Shown in pieces: positions 17,175 through 27,421 of a DNA stretch of 64,000 nucleotides. The translations under genes and the position numbers were made by a program. The stretch is taken from the NCBI GenBank assembly GCA_023379265.1, contig JAMCUI010000009.1, positions 36,091-100,090 of the forward strand, written 5' to 3'. The DNA comes from Patescibacteria group bacterium (GTDB lineage Bacteria; Patescibacteriota; Microgenomatia; 2-02-FULL-39-11). Position 1 is the stretch's first letter. Each line of letters opens with the position of its first letter. The notes under the pieces were generated by a model that was not told the origin of the DNA, searched no databases, and saw only the letters and a program-made list of their open reading frames with translations.

Positions 17175-17762
17175 TTGGTTGGAAACATAAAAGTGGTTGA
17201 AAATATTACTCTCATAATTTTAGCTTTTATCCTTATATGGTTAGGCGTATTGAGTTTTTATCTTTATAAATCATTGGCTCATTATGGTAAGCTGACAAGA
17301 CTGACTGGTAAGGAACAATTGGGTGATATTTTAGATGGTATTGTTGATAAATTAAAAGGAAACAGTAATGAACTTGAACTTTTAAGGAAGGAACTGGAGA
17401 AAGTCATAAATGAAAATAAATATCATATACAGAGAGTAGGTATTCTTCGGTTTAATCCTTTTTCTGATGTTGGGGGAGAACAGAGTTTTGTCTTGGCCGT
17501 TCTTGATAGTTGTGATACGGGTATTGTCTTGACGTCTCTTCACAATAGAGGTGCAACCCGTTGGTATGTGAAAAGTGTCAAGGAAGGGAAGGGATTAGAT
17601 TTTCAATTGTCAGAAGAGGAAAAAAAGGTTATTGCCATTGCTGGAAATCTATCAAAGGAGAGAAAGGAAAAGACGACAATAAGACAAAATGGTCAAACTG
17701 GTTCACAAACGGGTTATTTGAGAAGCGGCCGTGTTACGATAAGGAAGATAGGTTCGGATTAG
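17175..17762 (+). CDS. DUF4446-like membrane-anchored protein (start uncertain)
   Basis: N-terminal TM, Q.VGI.RFNPF.D.GG.QSF.LA.LD, G.VLTSLH.R, LS.EE. Confidence 0.8.
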   Translation: MVGNIKVVENITLIILAFILIWLGVLSFYLYKSLAHYGKLTRLTGKEQLGDILDGIVDKLKGNSNELELLRKELEKVINENKYHIQRVGILRFNPFSDVGGEQSFVLAVLDSCDTGIVLTSLHNRGATRWYVKSVKEGKGLDFQLSEEEKKVIAIAGNLSKERKEKTTIRQNGQTGSQTGYLRSGRVTIRKIGSD

Positions 17763-17895
17763 AAGAGATTATTCCAACCAGATATTTATTCAGAAAGCTT
17801 GACAGACATAAATATATATCTTAAAAAAAAGGATTAATTAGTTGACGTAATCGCCGGAAAAATGTAGGATTGTAATTATTTTGTAATTTATTCTT

Positions 17896-19074
17896 ATGAC
17901 TAAGCAGAAATTAGTTTATATTCTTTCAGGACTTGGGCTTTATTTTATTGTCACCGGTTTGTCATTTGCAGGTTTTAGCTTTTTTGCAAAAGGAAACTCT
18001 TCGGCTCAAGTAGTGACTTCTCCAGTTGGTGTTTCCCCTGGGGTAAAACCCAAATATAAAGTAGATCCTTCAGTCCCAAGAGACCAAGTTTGTCCGTTGG
18101 ATGGAGAAATGTATACTAAACAGGAAAAAGATATTTGGGATACAAGGCGTCCGCTTGCTGTCATGATTGAAAATTCAGAGGAGGCAAGACCACAATCTGG
18201 TATCTCCCGAGCAGATATAGTATATGAGGCATTAGCTGAAGGATGGATTACTAGATTTATGGCTGTTTTTTACTGTAATACTCCAATGGAAAATATTACT
18301 GTTGCTCCGGTCAGATCAGCTAGAACCTATTTTGTCGATTGGGTGTCAGAATACGATGCTTTATACAATCATGTTGGCGGAGCGGGGATGTGTGATGATG
18401 ATACTGTAGATACACGTGCCAAAGCTCTTTGTCAGATCCGCCAATTCGGCATAAAAGATATGGATCAGTTTGGCATAGGGTTTCCAGATTGTTATAGAAA
18501 TCCGGATAGGCTTGACCATCCTGTTGCAACAGAGCATACGATGGTCTGTTTTTCCGAAAATCTTTATAAGATAGCTTCAAACCGAGGATGGACGAATGTG
18601 GATGAAAACGGTGTATCATGGGATAAAAATTTTACGGAATGGTCATTTAAGGACGATCCTTCTGCAGCTGATCTTGGTACGGTGACAAAAGTGAAATTAG
18701 TTTTTGCTCCAGGTTATGACAAATATGATGTGATGTGGCAATACGATAAAGCGACAAACAGCTATAAGAGGTTTAACGGAGGAGTACCACATATCGATTT
18801 GGAAAATAAACAGCAACTAACAGCAAAAAATGTAGTGGTGCAACTGACTAAACTTACCGGTCCGGTTGATGAGCACGGCCATCTATTATATACAACAATC
18901 GGCAGCGGTAAAGCCCTAATTTTCCAGGATGGGAAAGTGGTGGTAGGTACATGGTCAAAGAAGTCTAGGGTATCCAGGACAATGTTTTACGGGCCAAACG
19001 GAAAACAAGTAAGTTTCACTAGAGGCCCAATTTGGATAGAAGTATTGCCAAGTGAACAGCAGGTAACATATTAG
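17896..19074 (+). CDS. DUF3048 (YerB-like) extracytoplasmic protein
   Basis: RPLAVMIEN..EARPQSG...ADIVYE..AEG.ITRF, PVRSAR.Y, G.A..F.DG....GTW.K. Confidence 0.85.
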   Translation: MTKQKLVYILSGLGLYFIVTGLSFAGFSFFAKGNSSAQVVTSPVGVSPGVKPKYKVDPSVPRDQVCPLDGEMYTKQEKDIWDTRRPLAVMIENSEEARPQSGISRADIVYEALAEGWITRFMAVFYCNTPMENITVAPVRSARTYFVDWVSEYDALYNHVGGAGMCDDDTVDTRAKALCQIRQFGIKDMDQFGIGFPDCYRNPDRLDHPVATEHTMVCFSENLYKIASNRGWTNVDENGVSWDKNFTEWSFKDDPSAADLGTVTKVKLVFAPGYDKYDVMWQYDKATNSYKRFNGGVPHIDLENKQQLTAKNVVVQLTKLTGPVDEHGHLLYTTIGSGKALIFQDGKVVVGTWSKKSRVSRTMFYGPNGKQVSFTRGPIWIEVLPSEQQVTY

Positions 19075-19197
19075 ATACTTTTGACCAATTGCGGTAAACC
19101 TGCCCCGTCGTCACGTCTTATGACGGATCTCGGGGGAAATCAAGTTTTCAAATCTTGATGCCCGGCGGATCAACTATAAAGAAAGGAGAAAAAATAT

Positions 19198-19773
19198 ATG
19201 TTGTCAGACCTTATAGTTTCCCGGGTACGGGTAAAGGTACTTGAACTATTTTTTCTAAATTTGGGAAATATTTATCACGTCAGAGAAATAGTCAGGAGGA
19301 CAAGTGAGGAAATAAATGCAGTCAGACGTGAGTTGTCCCATCTGGAGAAAGCTGGGCTTTTATCCAAAGAAAGACGGGCAAATCGGCTTTTTTATAATCT
19401 TCGCAAAGACTATCCACTCTACTTTGATATTCTCGCTCTAGTCATAAAAAACTCAGGTCTCGGTGGAGATATGCTGAAAAATAAAGTAAAACTCGGGAAA
19501 GTAAAGTATGCCATGATTTCAGGAAGATACGCCCGTGGAATGCAAAGGGCGGCAAATACAGTAGATCTTCTTGTTGTTGGTAAGGTTGTGTTGCCTGAGT
19601 TGTCCCAAATAGTCAGACAAGAGGAAGTGAGGAGGGAAAGAGAGATAAATTATACCGTGATGAGTGAGGAAGAATTTGATTTCAGGAAAAAGAGGAGGGA
19701 TCCGTTTGTTCTTGAAATCCTAAAGGGTTCAAGAATTATGCTTATTGGTGATGAAGAAGAACTGGTCTCATAG
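19198..19773 (+). CDS. winged-HTH protein with a degenerate nucleotidyltransferase-like C-terminal domain
   Basis: S.VRVK.L.LF, HVREI.R, NAVRREL..L; C-terminal SG.YARG...VDLLVVG, REINYTVM..EEF. Confidence 0.75.
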   Translation: MLSDLIVSRVRVKVLELFFLNLGNIYHVREIVRRTSEEINAVRRELSHLEKAGLLSKERRANRLFYNLRKDYPLYFDILALVIKNSGLGGDMLKNKVKLGKVKYAMISGRYARGMQRAANTVDLLVVGKVVLPELSQIVRQEEVRREREINYTVMSEEEFDFRKKRRDPFVLEILKGSRIMLIGDEEELVS

Positions 19774-19808
19774 TTGTTTTATAAATTAAGCATAAAAAAT
19801 CTGTTAAA

Positions 19809-20009
19809 ATGAGACAAAAGATTATTAGGGTAGGCAGGTCGAGTCTAGCAGTAATCATTCCTGCAAATTTTGTCCATTCACTCGGGATAAGATCAGGCGA
19901 CAGCGTACTGGTAAAGACAATGATTGATAAGGGAGTTATAAATCTTCATTTCTCCGGTGCCGTCCAATTGCGTCTTCCTTCCGGGAATAAACCCAAACTA
20001 AAAAAATAA
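19809..20009 (+). CDS. AbrB/MazE/SpoVT family DNA-binding protein
   Basis: KII.VG.SSLAVIIP..F...LGI.SGD.V. Confidence 0.8.
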   Translation: MRQKIIRVGRSSLAVIIPANFVHSLGIRSGDSVLVKTMIDKGVINLHFSGAVQLRLPSGNKPKLKK

Positions 20010-20010
20010 A

Positions 20011-21348
20011 ATGAAACACATAAGATTACTTCTGTGGTTTATCGCTTTTTTGACTGTTGTATCGGTGGTTATTGACTTGCCGAGAAGTTACGGATTGAAA
20101 TTTTCTTTGGGTTCGATAAAAGTCGATAGGGTAATACGTGGTCCGGATATCAATTTTCAACTTGGTCCGATATTAGTCATGAAAAATCTGGCAGGACACT
20201 ATGGTCTTGATTTGTCAGGTGGTACTCATCTTACGCTTGAGGCAGATATGAGTAAGATCGCTTCTACCGACAGAGATAACGCCTTCAGTGCTGCAAAGGA
20301 TGTAGTGGAAAGAAGAATAAATCTTTACGGTCTTACGGAACCGGTAATCCAACAGTCAAAAGTGGGTCAGTCATACAGGTTAATTGTGGAAATACCTGGG
20401 GTGTCGGATGTGTCAAGCGCAATTGATCTCATTGGAAAAACTGCACAGCTGACATTTTACGCCGAAGGAACCCAATCTGCTAAGATTGCCACCACGTCGT
20501 CTTCTATAGCAGACATATGGACCAAGCCGACAGGATTGACTGGAAAAGACCTGAAAAGCTCATCGGTCACTTTCGATCCAAATACCGGTAAACCTGAGGT
20601 ATCGTTAGTATTCAATTCTGCCGGGGCTAACCTTTTTGAAAAGATTACAAGAGAAAATGTAGGTAAGACTATCGCTATATTTTTGGATAATCAGTTAATA
20701 ACAGCTCCTCGTGTAAACGAGCCTATATCTGGAGGAAATGCTGTAATACAGGGATCGTTTACATTGGATGAAGCCAAGCGGCTTTCAATAGATTTGAACG
20801 CTGGAGCATTGCCTGTTCCTCTCAAAGTGATTGAGGAAAGGAATATAGGCGCTACGTTGGGATTTCAATCAATCGAAAAAAGTATGGTAGCTGGTGCGGT
20901 CGGGTTGACATTGGTTGCCCTTTTTATGCTTTTCAATTATGGGACATTGGGGCTTTTGGCTGATATTGCATTGATTATCTATTCTCTTATTGTTTTTGCC
21001 CTCTTTAAGCTTATTCCGGTGACGTTAACGCTAGCTGGAATTGCCGGTTTTATACTGTCTATAGGGATGGCTGTAGATGCCAATATACTTATATTTGAGA
21101 GGATGAAAGAAGAATTAAGGTGGGGTAAAGATCATATGACCGCCATAAGACTCGGTTTTGACAGAGCTTTCCCTTCGATCCGCGATTCCAACATTTCGTC
21201 ACTAATTACTTGCGGTATACTTTACTGGTTTGGTACGGGAATAATAAGGGGTTTTGCTATCACGTTGGCAATAGGAATAGTGGTATCATTATTTTCCGCA
21301 ATTACAGTGACTAGGACTTTTTTGAGAATGCTTTACCGGCATTCTTAA
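20011..21348 (+). CDS. secD: protein translocase subunit SecD
   Basis: GLDLSGG, RRIN.YG..EP, AGALPVPL, GMAVDANILIFERMKEE. Confidence 0.96.
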   Translation: MKHIRLLLWFIAFLTVVSVVIDLPRSYGLKFSLGSIKVDRVIRGPDINFQLGPILVMKNLAGHYGLDLSGGTHLTLEADMSKIASTDRDNAFSAAKDVVERRINLYGLTEPVIQQSKVGQSYRLIVEIPGVSDVSSAIDLIGKTAQLTFYAEGTQSAKIATTSSSIADIWTKPTGLTGKDLKSSSVTFDPNTGKPEVSLVFNSAGANLFEKITRENVGKTIAIFLDNQLITAPRVNEPISGGNAVIQGSFTLDEAKRLSIDLNAGALPVPLKVIEERNIGATLGFQSIEKSMVAGAVGLTLVALFMLFNYGTLGLLADIALIIYSLIVFALFKLIPVTLTLAGIAGFILSIGMAVDANILIFERMKEELRWGKDHMTAIRLGFDRAFPSIRDSNISSLITCGILYWFGTGIIRGFAITLAIGIVVSLFSAITVTRTFLRMLYRHS

Positions 21349-21374
21349 AAGCTTAAATTAGTTTGCATATCAAT

Positions 21375-22298
21375 ATGAAATCGCCAGACATAATAGGCAA
21401 AAAGATATTGTATTTCATCCTTTCTGGGGTGGTTATTGTTCCGGGAATAATCTCTTTGGCATTATGGGGTATAAGACCGGCTATAGATTTTACCGGAGGG
21501 ACAACGATGGAAATACGGGTTGAAAACCCGCCAAAAAATACAAATGACCCAATATTGATAAAAGACATTGAGGGAATTGTCCAGTCAGACAAGATTGGGC
21601 TTGCCTCAGTACAGGTAACAAATACAAAGACTTATCTTTTAAGGATGAAGCCAATAGATAAAAGTCAGACACAAAGATTGGAGTCTGATATGAATATAAA
21701 GCTTGGACAAATTTCCGTTTTGAGTTTGCAGACAGTCGGGCCAACAATTGGTGCTGAGACTACTTTGAATGCGGTCAAATCAGTTCTTATCGCTTCGCTT
21801 GCAATAATTATTTTTATCGCATTGGCTTTCAGGAAAATTCCCAAACCATACTCTTCATGGAAATTCGGTATTTGCGCTGTCATTGCTTTAATTCATGATG
21901 TGTTAGTGGTTGTTGGAATTTTTTCCATCATGGGCCATTTTTTCAATGTGGAGGTGGATAGTCTTTTTATTACTGCGCTTCTGACCATCATGGGATTTTC
22001 GGTACACGATACAATCGTGGTTTTTGACAGAATTAGGGAAAACCTGCATAAAATGCCTAGCCTTTCTTTTGCCGATGTTACCAATGAGTCGATAGTTCAG
22101 ACATTAGCCAGATCTCTCTCTACATCACTGACGGTACTTTTTACCCTTTTTGCCCTGCTTCTTTTCGGTGGGGAAACAATAAGATGGTTTATAGTAGCGC
22201 TTCTTATAGGAATTGCCTCAGGAACTTATTCTTCTATTTTCAACGCTTCTCCTCTTCTTGTATTATGGGAGGAATGGGGACAAAATAGGAAAAATTAA
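21375..22298 (+). CDS. secF: protein translocase subunit SecF
   Basis: IDFTGGT, VGPTIG, HDV, GFSVHDTIVVFDRIREN, GTYSSIF. Confidence 0.96.
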   Translation: MKSPDIIGKKILYFILSGVVIVPGIISLALWGIRPAIDFTGGTTMEIRVENPPKNTNDPILIKDIEGIVQSDKIGLASVQVTNTKTYLLRMKPIDKSQTQRLESDMNIKLGQISVLSLQTVGPTIGAETTLNAVKSVLIASLAIIIFIALAFRKIPKPYSSWKFGICAVIALIHDVLVVVGIFSIMGHFFNVEVDSLFITALLTIMGFSVHDTIVVFDRIRENLHKMPSLSFADVTNESIVQTLARSLSTSLTVLFTLFALLLFGGETIRWFIVALLIGIASGTYSSIFNASPLLVLWEEWGQNRKN

Positions 22299-22299
22299 A

Positions 22300-23676
22300 T
22301 TAATTAGACAGGATTTTTTTACTTTTTAGTTCTTTCAGTTTTGTGAGAAGAATTTCTCTTTCGTTTGGCAGTTTCCCTTCAACAACGTCGTTAAAAAGCA
22401 TGTCCAGCACCTTTCCTACTAATGGACCTGGTCTGGTGTCAAAAATCTTCATTACGTCGTAGCCGTCTATTTTCAGATCAGCCGCGGTAAAAGGCTGTTT
22501 TTGGACCTCTAGTAACCTTTTTTTGAATAGCTCAAGTCTCCACGAAGTTTCCCTAGCACCACCGCCAAGTCTGTCGCCGGTACGAAGATGAAGCATATGA
22601 GTCAAGTATTCAGGCGTGACATTTCTTATAAAGCGCCTGACTGAAGTATCGGTTTGTCTCTCATCCACCGTAAACTGATGATAGCGGACAAGAGTCAAAA
22701 GCAAATTCGAATCTTTTTTTGACAAATGTAGTCGTTGAGCGATATTTCTGACGATTGAAGTACCGATTATCTCGTGGTTATAAAAAGTGATTATTCCTTC
22801 AGAGGTTTTGTTAAAAGTAGCAGGTTTACCGATATCATGTAGGAGTGTTGCCAGTCTGACAATAGGATTTGATGATGGGCAGTTTTTTAATGACATAAGA
22901 AGATGTGTACCCACATCAAAAATGTGGTGGCGTTTGGGGCTTTTTTGTTCTACGCCAAAACATTTTTCTAGCTCAGGCAATATAAAAGGCAGAAGGCCTG
23001 CATTTTTCAAAAGCATTATGCCGTCTGCTGGAAAGTCGGAGGCAAGAACTTTTAGTAACTCATCCCTTACTCTCTCGGTTGAGATTTTGGCAAGTAGCGA
23101 TGCGTTTTTTTTAATAGCCATAAATGTTTTTTCTTCAATAAGAAATTGGAGTTCTGTAGCGATACGGATAGCCCGCATCATGCGTAGCGCGTCTTCCGTG
23201 AAGCGTAGATTTGCATCTCCTACAGCTTTGATGAGTTTTTGTGAAATGTCTTTCTGTCCGCCATAAAGATCAATAATCTTTTCCCCGTTTGTGGCCATCG
23301 CGTTTATGGTAAAATCTCTTCTTTCCAGGTCTTCCTCAAGAGTTTTACCCCAGATGATTTTGTCAGGATGACGATGGTCCGAATAACCCATTTCACTTCT
23401 GAATGTAGTAATTTCATATATATCAGATGTATCCAATTTCTTGCCATTTGATGTTTTTACCTCGACGCCGACAGTGCCAAATTTATTGTCATAGAAACTG
23501 TCAGGAAACAGTTTTATAATTTCTTCCGGAGTAGCATCAGTGGTGAAATCCCAGTCTTTTGTGGGTTTTAGAAGGATAATATCTCTCACACAACCGCCTA
23601 CGGCATATGCTTGAAATCCTGCTTTTTCCAGTATCAATAGTGTAGTATTTACCTCTTTCGGAAGTGCAATCTTCAT
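22300..23676 (-). CDS. cca: CCA tRNA nucleotidyltransferase with HD domain
   Basis: VGGCVRD, DWD.TT, RRDFTINAMA, EDALRMMRA.R, LLHDIGKP. Confidence 0.92.
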   Translation of the reverse strand: MKIALPKEVNTTLLILEKAGFQAYAVGGCVRDIILLKPTKDWDFTTDATPEEIIKLFPDSFYDNKFGTVGVEVKTSNGKKLDTSDIYEITTFRSEMGYSDHRHPDKIIWGKTLEEDLERRDFTINAMATNGEKIIDLYGGQKDISQKLIKAVGDANLRFTEDALRMMRAIRIATELQFLIEEKTFMAIKKNASLLAKISTERVRDELLKVLASDFPADGIMLLKNAGLLPFILPELEKCFGVEQKSPKRHHIFDVGTHLLMSLKNCPSSNPIVRLATLLHDIGKPATFNKTSEGIITFYNHEIIGTSIVRNIAQRLHLSKKDSNLLLTLVRYHQFTVDERQTDTSVRRFIRNVTPEYLTHMLHLRTGDRLGGGARETSWRLELFKKRLLEVQKQPFTAADLKIDGYDVMKIFDTRPGPLVGKVLDMLFNDVVEGKLPNEREILLTKLKELKSKKILSN

Positions 23677-23808
23677 AGTAATATTATTTGGCATATTGTT
23701 CCAACTCTAGAGCCAGTCTCATAAATTTTGACTCTTGTACCAGTTTAGAAAAACGGATAAAAATCAAATGAACAAAGTTTTAGTTTTATTATATCCCATC
23801 ATGAATTT

Positions 23809-25521
23809 ATGAAGAAGTGGATAATACTTGAAAAATCAGCATCCGGTCATAAAAAAGACATTCTGGGAATTCTTCTGGAAAATAGAAATATTTTCAGTGA
23901 GAAAGAAAAAAAGGAGTTTCTTCATCCAGAACTTTCCGATCTGACTCTGGAAAGCGTTAATCTTAAGGCCAAAGAATTGGAGAATGCTGCAAAACGGATA
24001 AAACTGGCGATTGAAAGAAAGGAATCGGTTACTGTTTATACGGATTATGACGCTGATGGGGTATGTGGGGGGGCGATAGTTTGGGAAACGCTTTACAAAT
24101 TGGGAGTGAAGACAATGCCTTATGTTCCGCATAGGGTGAATGAAGGTTATGGTTTGTCAAGAAAAGGGATTGACAAAATTATCGAACAATTTGGCACAAA
24201 ACTTATTGTGACAGTTGATCACGGGGTTACAGCGGTAAAAGAAGTCGCCTATGCCAAGGAAAAAGGCATTGACACGATTATACTGGATCATCATATACTC
24301 CCCAAAAAATTGCCGGATTCGGTAGCATTGATACACACGACTTCTCTTGCTTCAGGCGGACTTGCCTACTTTTTTTCCAATTTCCTTTCAAAACATCTCT
24401 ATTTCAGAAAAAATGACTTGAGTAAATCTGGTCAGATGGATAAAAGCAAACTTGATTTGGCAGCAATAGCCACAGTCGCTGATCTTGTTCCGCTTTTGGG
24501 CGCAAACAGGGTAATAGTGAAATACGGTATAGATGAGATTAAAAATACGCGCCGTGTAGGTTTGAGGTCTCTTATAAAGCAATCGGGTCTTGAAAATGGG
24601 GATGTGTCTACATATGAGATAGGGCACATTCTTGCTCCAAGGATAAATGCCATGGGCAGGTTGATGCACGCAATGGATGCGCTCAGGCTTTTATGCACTA
24701 AAGATATAGATAGGGCAGAGTCTTTGGCCAGAAAACTTTCTTCGACAAATAGGGAAAGACAAATACTTACGGAAAAAGCTTCTCTTCTGGCAATGGATAT
24801 CGTCAGAAACGAAAGGATTTATAAAAGCGAAAAAGGTAACAATCTGATTTTCGTGTCGCATAGTCAGTTCCAGGAAGGAATAATCGGACTTGTTGCGGGT
24901 AAACTGACAGAGACTTATTATCGTCCTTCAATAGTCGTGTCAGAGGGAAAGGAATATTCAAAAGCTTCAGCCAGATCAGTAATCGGATTGAATATTGTGG
25001 AAGTGATAAGGGAAGCGGGGGATTTGCTTGAGGATGCCGGGGGACACGCGATGGCGGCGGGTTTTACGGTAGCGACGAAAAATATAAATACGCTTAAAAA
25101 AAGATTAAATTCGGTTGTAGAGGAAAAACTTTCTGGAATAAAATTGGAAAGAACTCTTAAAATAGATGCGATTTTGACTCTTGATGAGATAACAGAGGAT
25201 TTTTATGAGAAAATAAACACACTTTCTCCATTTGGTGTGGGCAATCCTGAACCAGTATTTGCCGTAAAAAACGCAGAAATTGTTGGTTTGTCGTTGGTTG
25301 GTAGGGAACAGAAACATATAAAAATGTTCATGAGACAAAACGATGGAGGAATAATACATCAGGCTGTGGGTTTTGGGATGGGTGAGTTTTTTAATAAGCT
25401 TTATCCGCACAAATTGGTGGATATCGCTTTTTCAATAAACATAGACAGCTGGAATGGAAGTAAACGTTTGCAATTAAAACTTAAAGATGTTATCATCACG
25501 AGCAAATCGGAAATTGACTAA
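23809..25521 (+). CDS. recJ: single-stranded-DNA-specific exonuclease RecJ
   Basis: DYDADG, EGYG, VDHG, DHH, TVAD.VPL, PRINA.GR, GGH.MAAG, PFG.GNPEP. Confidence 0.96.
   Translation: MKKWIILEKSASGHKKDILGILLENRNIFSEKEKKEFLHPELSDLTLESVNLKAKELENAAKRIKLAIERKESVTVYTDYDADGVCGGAIVWETLYKLGVKTMPYVPHRVNEGYGLSRKGIDKIIEQFGTKLIVTVDHGVTAVKEVAYAKEKGIDTIILDHHILPKKLPDSVALIHTTSLASGGLAYFFSNFLSKHLYFRKNDLSKSGQMDKSKLDLAAIATVADLVPLLGANRVIVKYGIDEIKNTRRVGLRSLIKQSGLENGDVSTYEIGHILAPRINAMGRLMHAMDALRLLCTKDIDRAESLARKLSSTNRERQILTEKASLLAMDIVRNERIYKSEKGNNLIFVSHSQFQEGIIGLVAGKLTETYYRPSIVVSEGKEYSKASARSVIGLNIVEVIREAGDLLEDAGGHAMAAGFTVATKNINTLKKRLNSVVEEKLSGIKLERTLKIDAILTLDEITEDFYEKINTLSPFGVGNPEPVFAVKNAEIVGLSLVGREQKHIKMFMRQNDGGIIHQAVGFGMGEFFNKLYPHKLVDIAFSINIDSWNGSKRLQLKLKDVIITSKSEID
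25468..25496 (+). promoter_or_regulatory. putative promoter inside the recJ 3' end driving the T-box leader
   Basis: TTGCAA (25468-73), 17 nt, extended -10 TGnTATCAT (25488-96). Confidence 0.55.
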
Positions 25522-25750
25522 AAGCTGTAATGGCGACGACACGTCATAGTTAGATTTCTCTAACAAGCTGCAGGAAGAAATCCATATAGACGGAAATTAG
25601 ATCCTTGCCGGGTATGCCCGTGACAGCTGGAATAAGTAGTTGTGAGTCGTGTTATGAAATGTAATTTTTAATAACTCATCACACACCACTCATAACCAAA
25701 ATAAGGTGGTATCGTGATAATCTCACCCTTAGAAAAAGGTGAGATTTTTT
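25521..25750 (+). promoter_or_regulatory. T-box riboswitch (putative Asp specifier) with transcription terminator
   Basis: antiterminator TAAGG-[TGGTATC]-GTGA..TCAC-CCTTA (25702-25731) overlapping terminator AATCTCACC..GGTGAGATTTTTT; Stem I pairs 25532-36/25605-09, 25542-45/25589-92, 25553-59/25576-82; Stem III 25639-47/25688-96. Confidence 0.78.
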
Positions 25751-25812
25751 ATGGGTAAAATCTTAGACTATATGGTTATACAACATTCAGAAGATTTAGA
25801 GCTGGTGTTACC

Positions 25813-27327
25813 ATGGCCACTATAAACCGTAAAATCTCAGCTTGCATGGCCACGCAGCATCCGGATAATGCTGCGAGGCCTTACTGGAATCCAAGGCCTT
25901 TTATATCAACAAGCGCTGAGATAAAAGAAAGTTACCTGAATTTTTCTGATCTTTCTATAGATGAGTATAATTGGGATTGGGAAGGGAAATTTGTGGATGA
26001 GGCGGTCATAGATAAGCTTCTGCACCGTTATTTCAATTACTTCCAAAAACACCCGATAGGGAAGGACAAACTTCTTACATTCAGGATTCCAAATCCCAGA
26101 GTGGAAAAGCAATTTAGGTTGGCTAGGGCTTTTATGGTAATTATCACGAGCAGCCAGCTGGCTCGGAGTCTGGGTTTTTCTTCACCACCAATTTTTGAAA
26201 CAATTCTTCCTTTGACGGAAACCGCAGAAGAAATCGCAGAGATTCAGGAAGCTTTCAAAGACTTGATTAGTGTAAATCACAGGCTTTTGAACATGAAGGA
26301 CTCGTTGCAATATTTGGAAATAATCCCTCTTTTTGAACAAGTGGGTAAGATTGCCGGGTCTGCCGGAATTCTGAAAAAATATATAGCATTGCACAAAAAG
26401 ATGTTTGGGTACAAACCCAAATATATAAGGCCTTATTGTGCAAGGAGCGACCCGGCGCTAAACTCTGGGCTTATACCGACGATATTATCTCTAAAAGTAG
26501 CATTATCCTCCTACTTGAAGCTGGAAGAGGATACTGATGTGAGGCTTTTTCCTATGTTGGGAACAGGTTCGTTGCCGTTTAGAGGAGGACTTAGTCCTGA
26601 CAGATTGGATATTGCATTATCTGAATATGCTGGAGTACGCACGTTGACTATACAAAGCGCTTTCAGATACGACTATCCCAAACACGATGTGAAACTTGCC
26701 ATTGAGAGGCTGAATAACGAATTGCATCATAGAAAAGCAAAGCGACTGGATAAGACAAGTGTAGACGTCATACAAAGAACCATTCCTCTTTTTGAGAAGC
26801 CCTACAGGAATTCGATAGAACAGGCAGCAGGAATGATAAATGTTTTAAGCAGGCAAGTAGCCAAAAGAAGAGAAAGGATGCTTCATATAGGACTCTTCGG
26901 ATACTCAAGAGGCGTTGGTCATGTTAGTTTGCCGAGAGCTATTCCGTTTACAGCGTCCTTATATTCATTGGGTGTGCCTCCTGAATTGATAGGGACAGGA
27001 AGAGGTATAAAAGAGGCAAAGAAAAAAGGCTTATGGGAAAAATCTTCACAGTATTATCTTCATATTAAAGAAGACTTGCTTCATGCAGGTAATTTCCTGA
27101 ATAAGCAGAATTTATCCCGTCTTGCAAAGCACAGTTCCTTCTGGTATGACGTAGAAGAAGATGTTAAAGAGATCGAAAAAGAATTGGGAATAGTACTTGG
27201 TCCTGGTAATTCCACACAGCTAGAACATTACAATCTTGTGGAAAAAATTTATAAGAAGATTATGGAAGGTAATGATGTTTCAAAACTGATTACTTACGGC
27301 GGTTTATTGAGGCAAAGTTTGGGTTGA
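25813..27327 (+). CDS. ppcA: archaeal-type phosphoenolpyruvate carboxylase
   Basis: MATQHPDN, WDWEGKFVDE, IIPLFE, ARSDPALNSG, GSLPFRGG, LPRAI.FTASLYSLGVPPE; 504 aa. Confidence 0.93.
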   Translation: MATINRKISACMATQHPDNAARPYWNPRPFISTSAEIKESYLNFSDLSIDEYNWDWEGKFVDEAVIDKLLHRYFNYFQKHPIGKDKLLTFRIPNPRVEKQFRLARAFMVIITSSQLARSLGFSSPPIFETILPLTETAEEIAEIQEAFKDLISVNHRLLNMKDSLQYLEIIPLFEQVGKIAGSAGILKKYIALHKKMFGYKPKYIRPYCARSDPALNSGLIPTILSLKVALSSYLKLEEDTDVRLFPMLGTGSLPFRGGLSPDRLDIALSEYAGVRTLTIQSAFRYDYPKHDVKLAIERLNNELHHRKAKRLDKTSVDVIQRTIPLFEKPYRNSIEQAAGMINVLSRQVAKRRERMLHIGLFGYSRGVGHVSLPRAIPFTASLYSLGVPPELIGTGRGIKEAKKKGLWEKSSQYYLHIKEDLLHAGNFLNKQNLSRLAKHSSFWYDVEEDVKEIEKELGIVLGPGNSTQLEHYNLVEKIYKKIMEGNDVSKLITYGGLLRQSLG

Positions 27328-27421
27328 GATAAATTATGGCTTGGGTGTAGGAGTAGTTTCGTATATAATTGGTAGAGATTATCAAAGACCTGCTTTTTAT
27401 AAAATAAAAGGAGGAATAAAT

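Noticed and set aside
19081-19175. tRNA or tmRNA end (TTCAAATC resembles a T-loop)
   Set aside because: No canonical acceptor stem, D-arm, anticodon arm or 5-bp T-stem geometry
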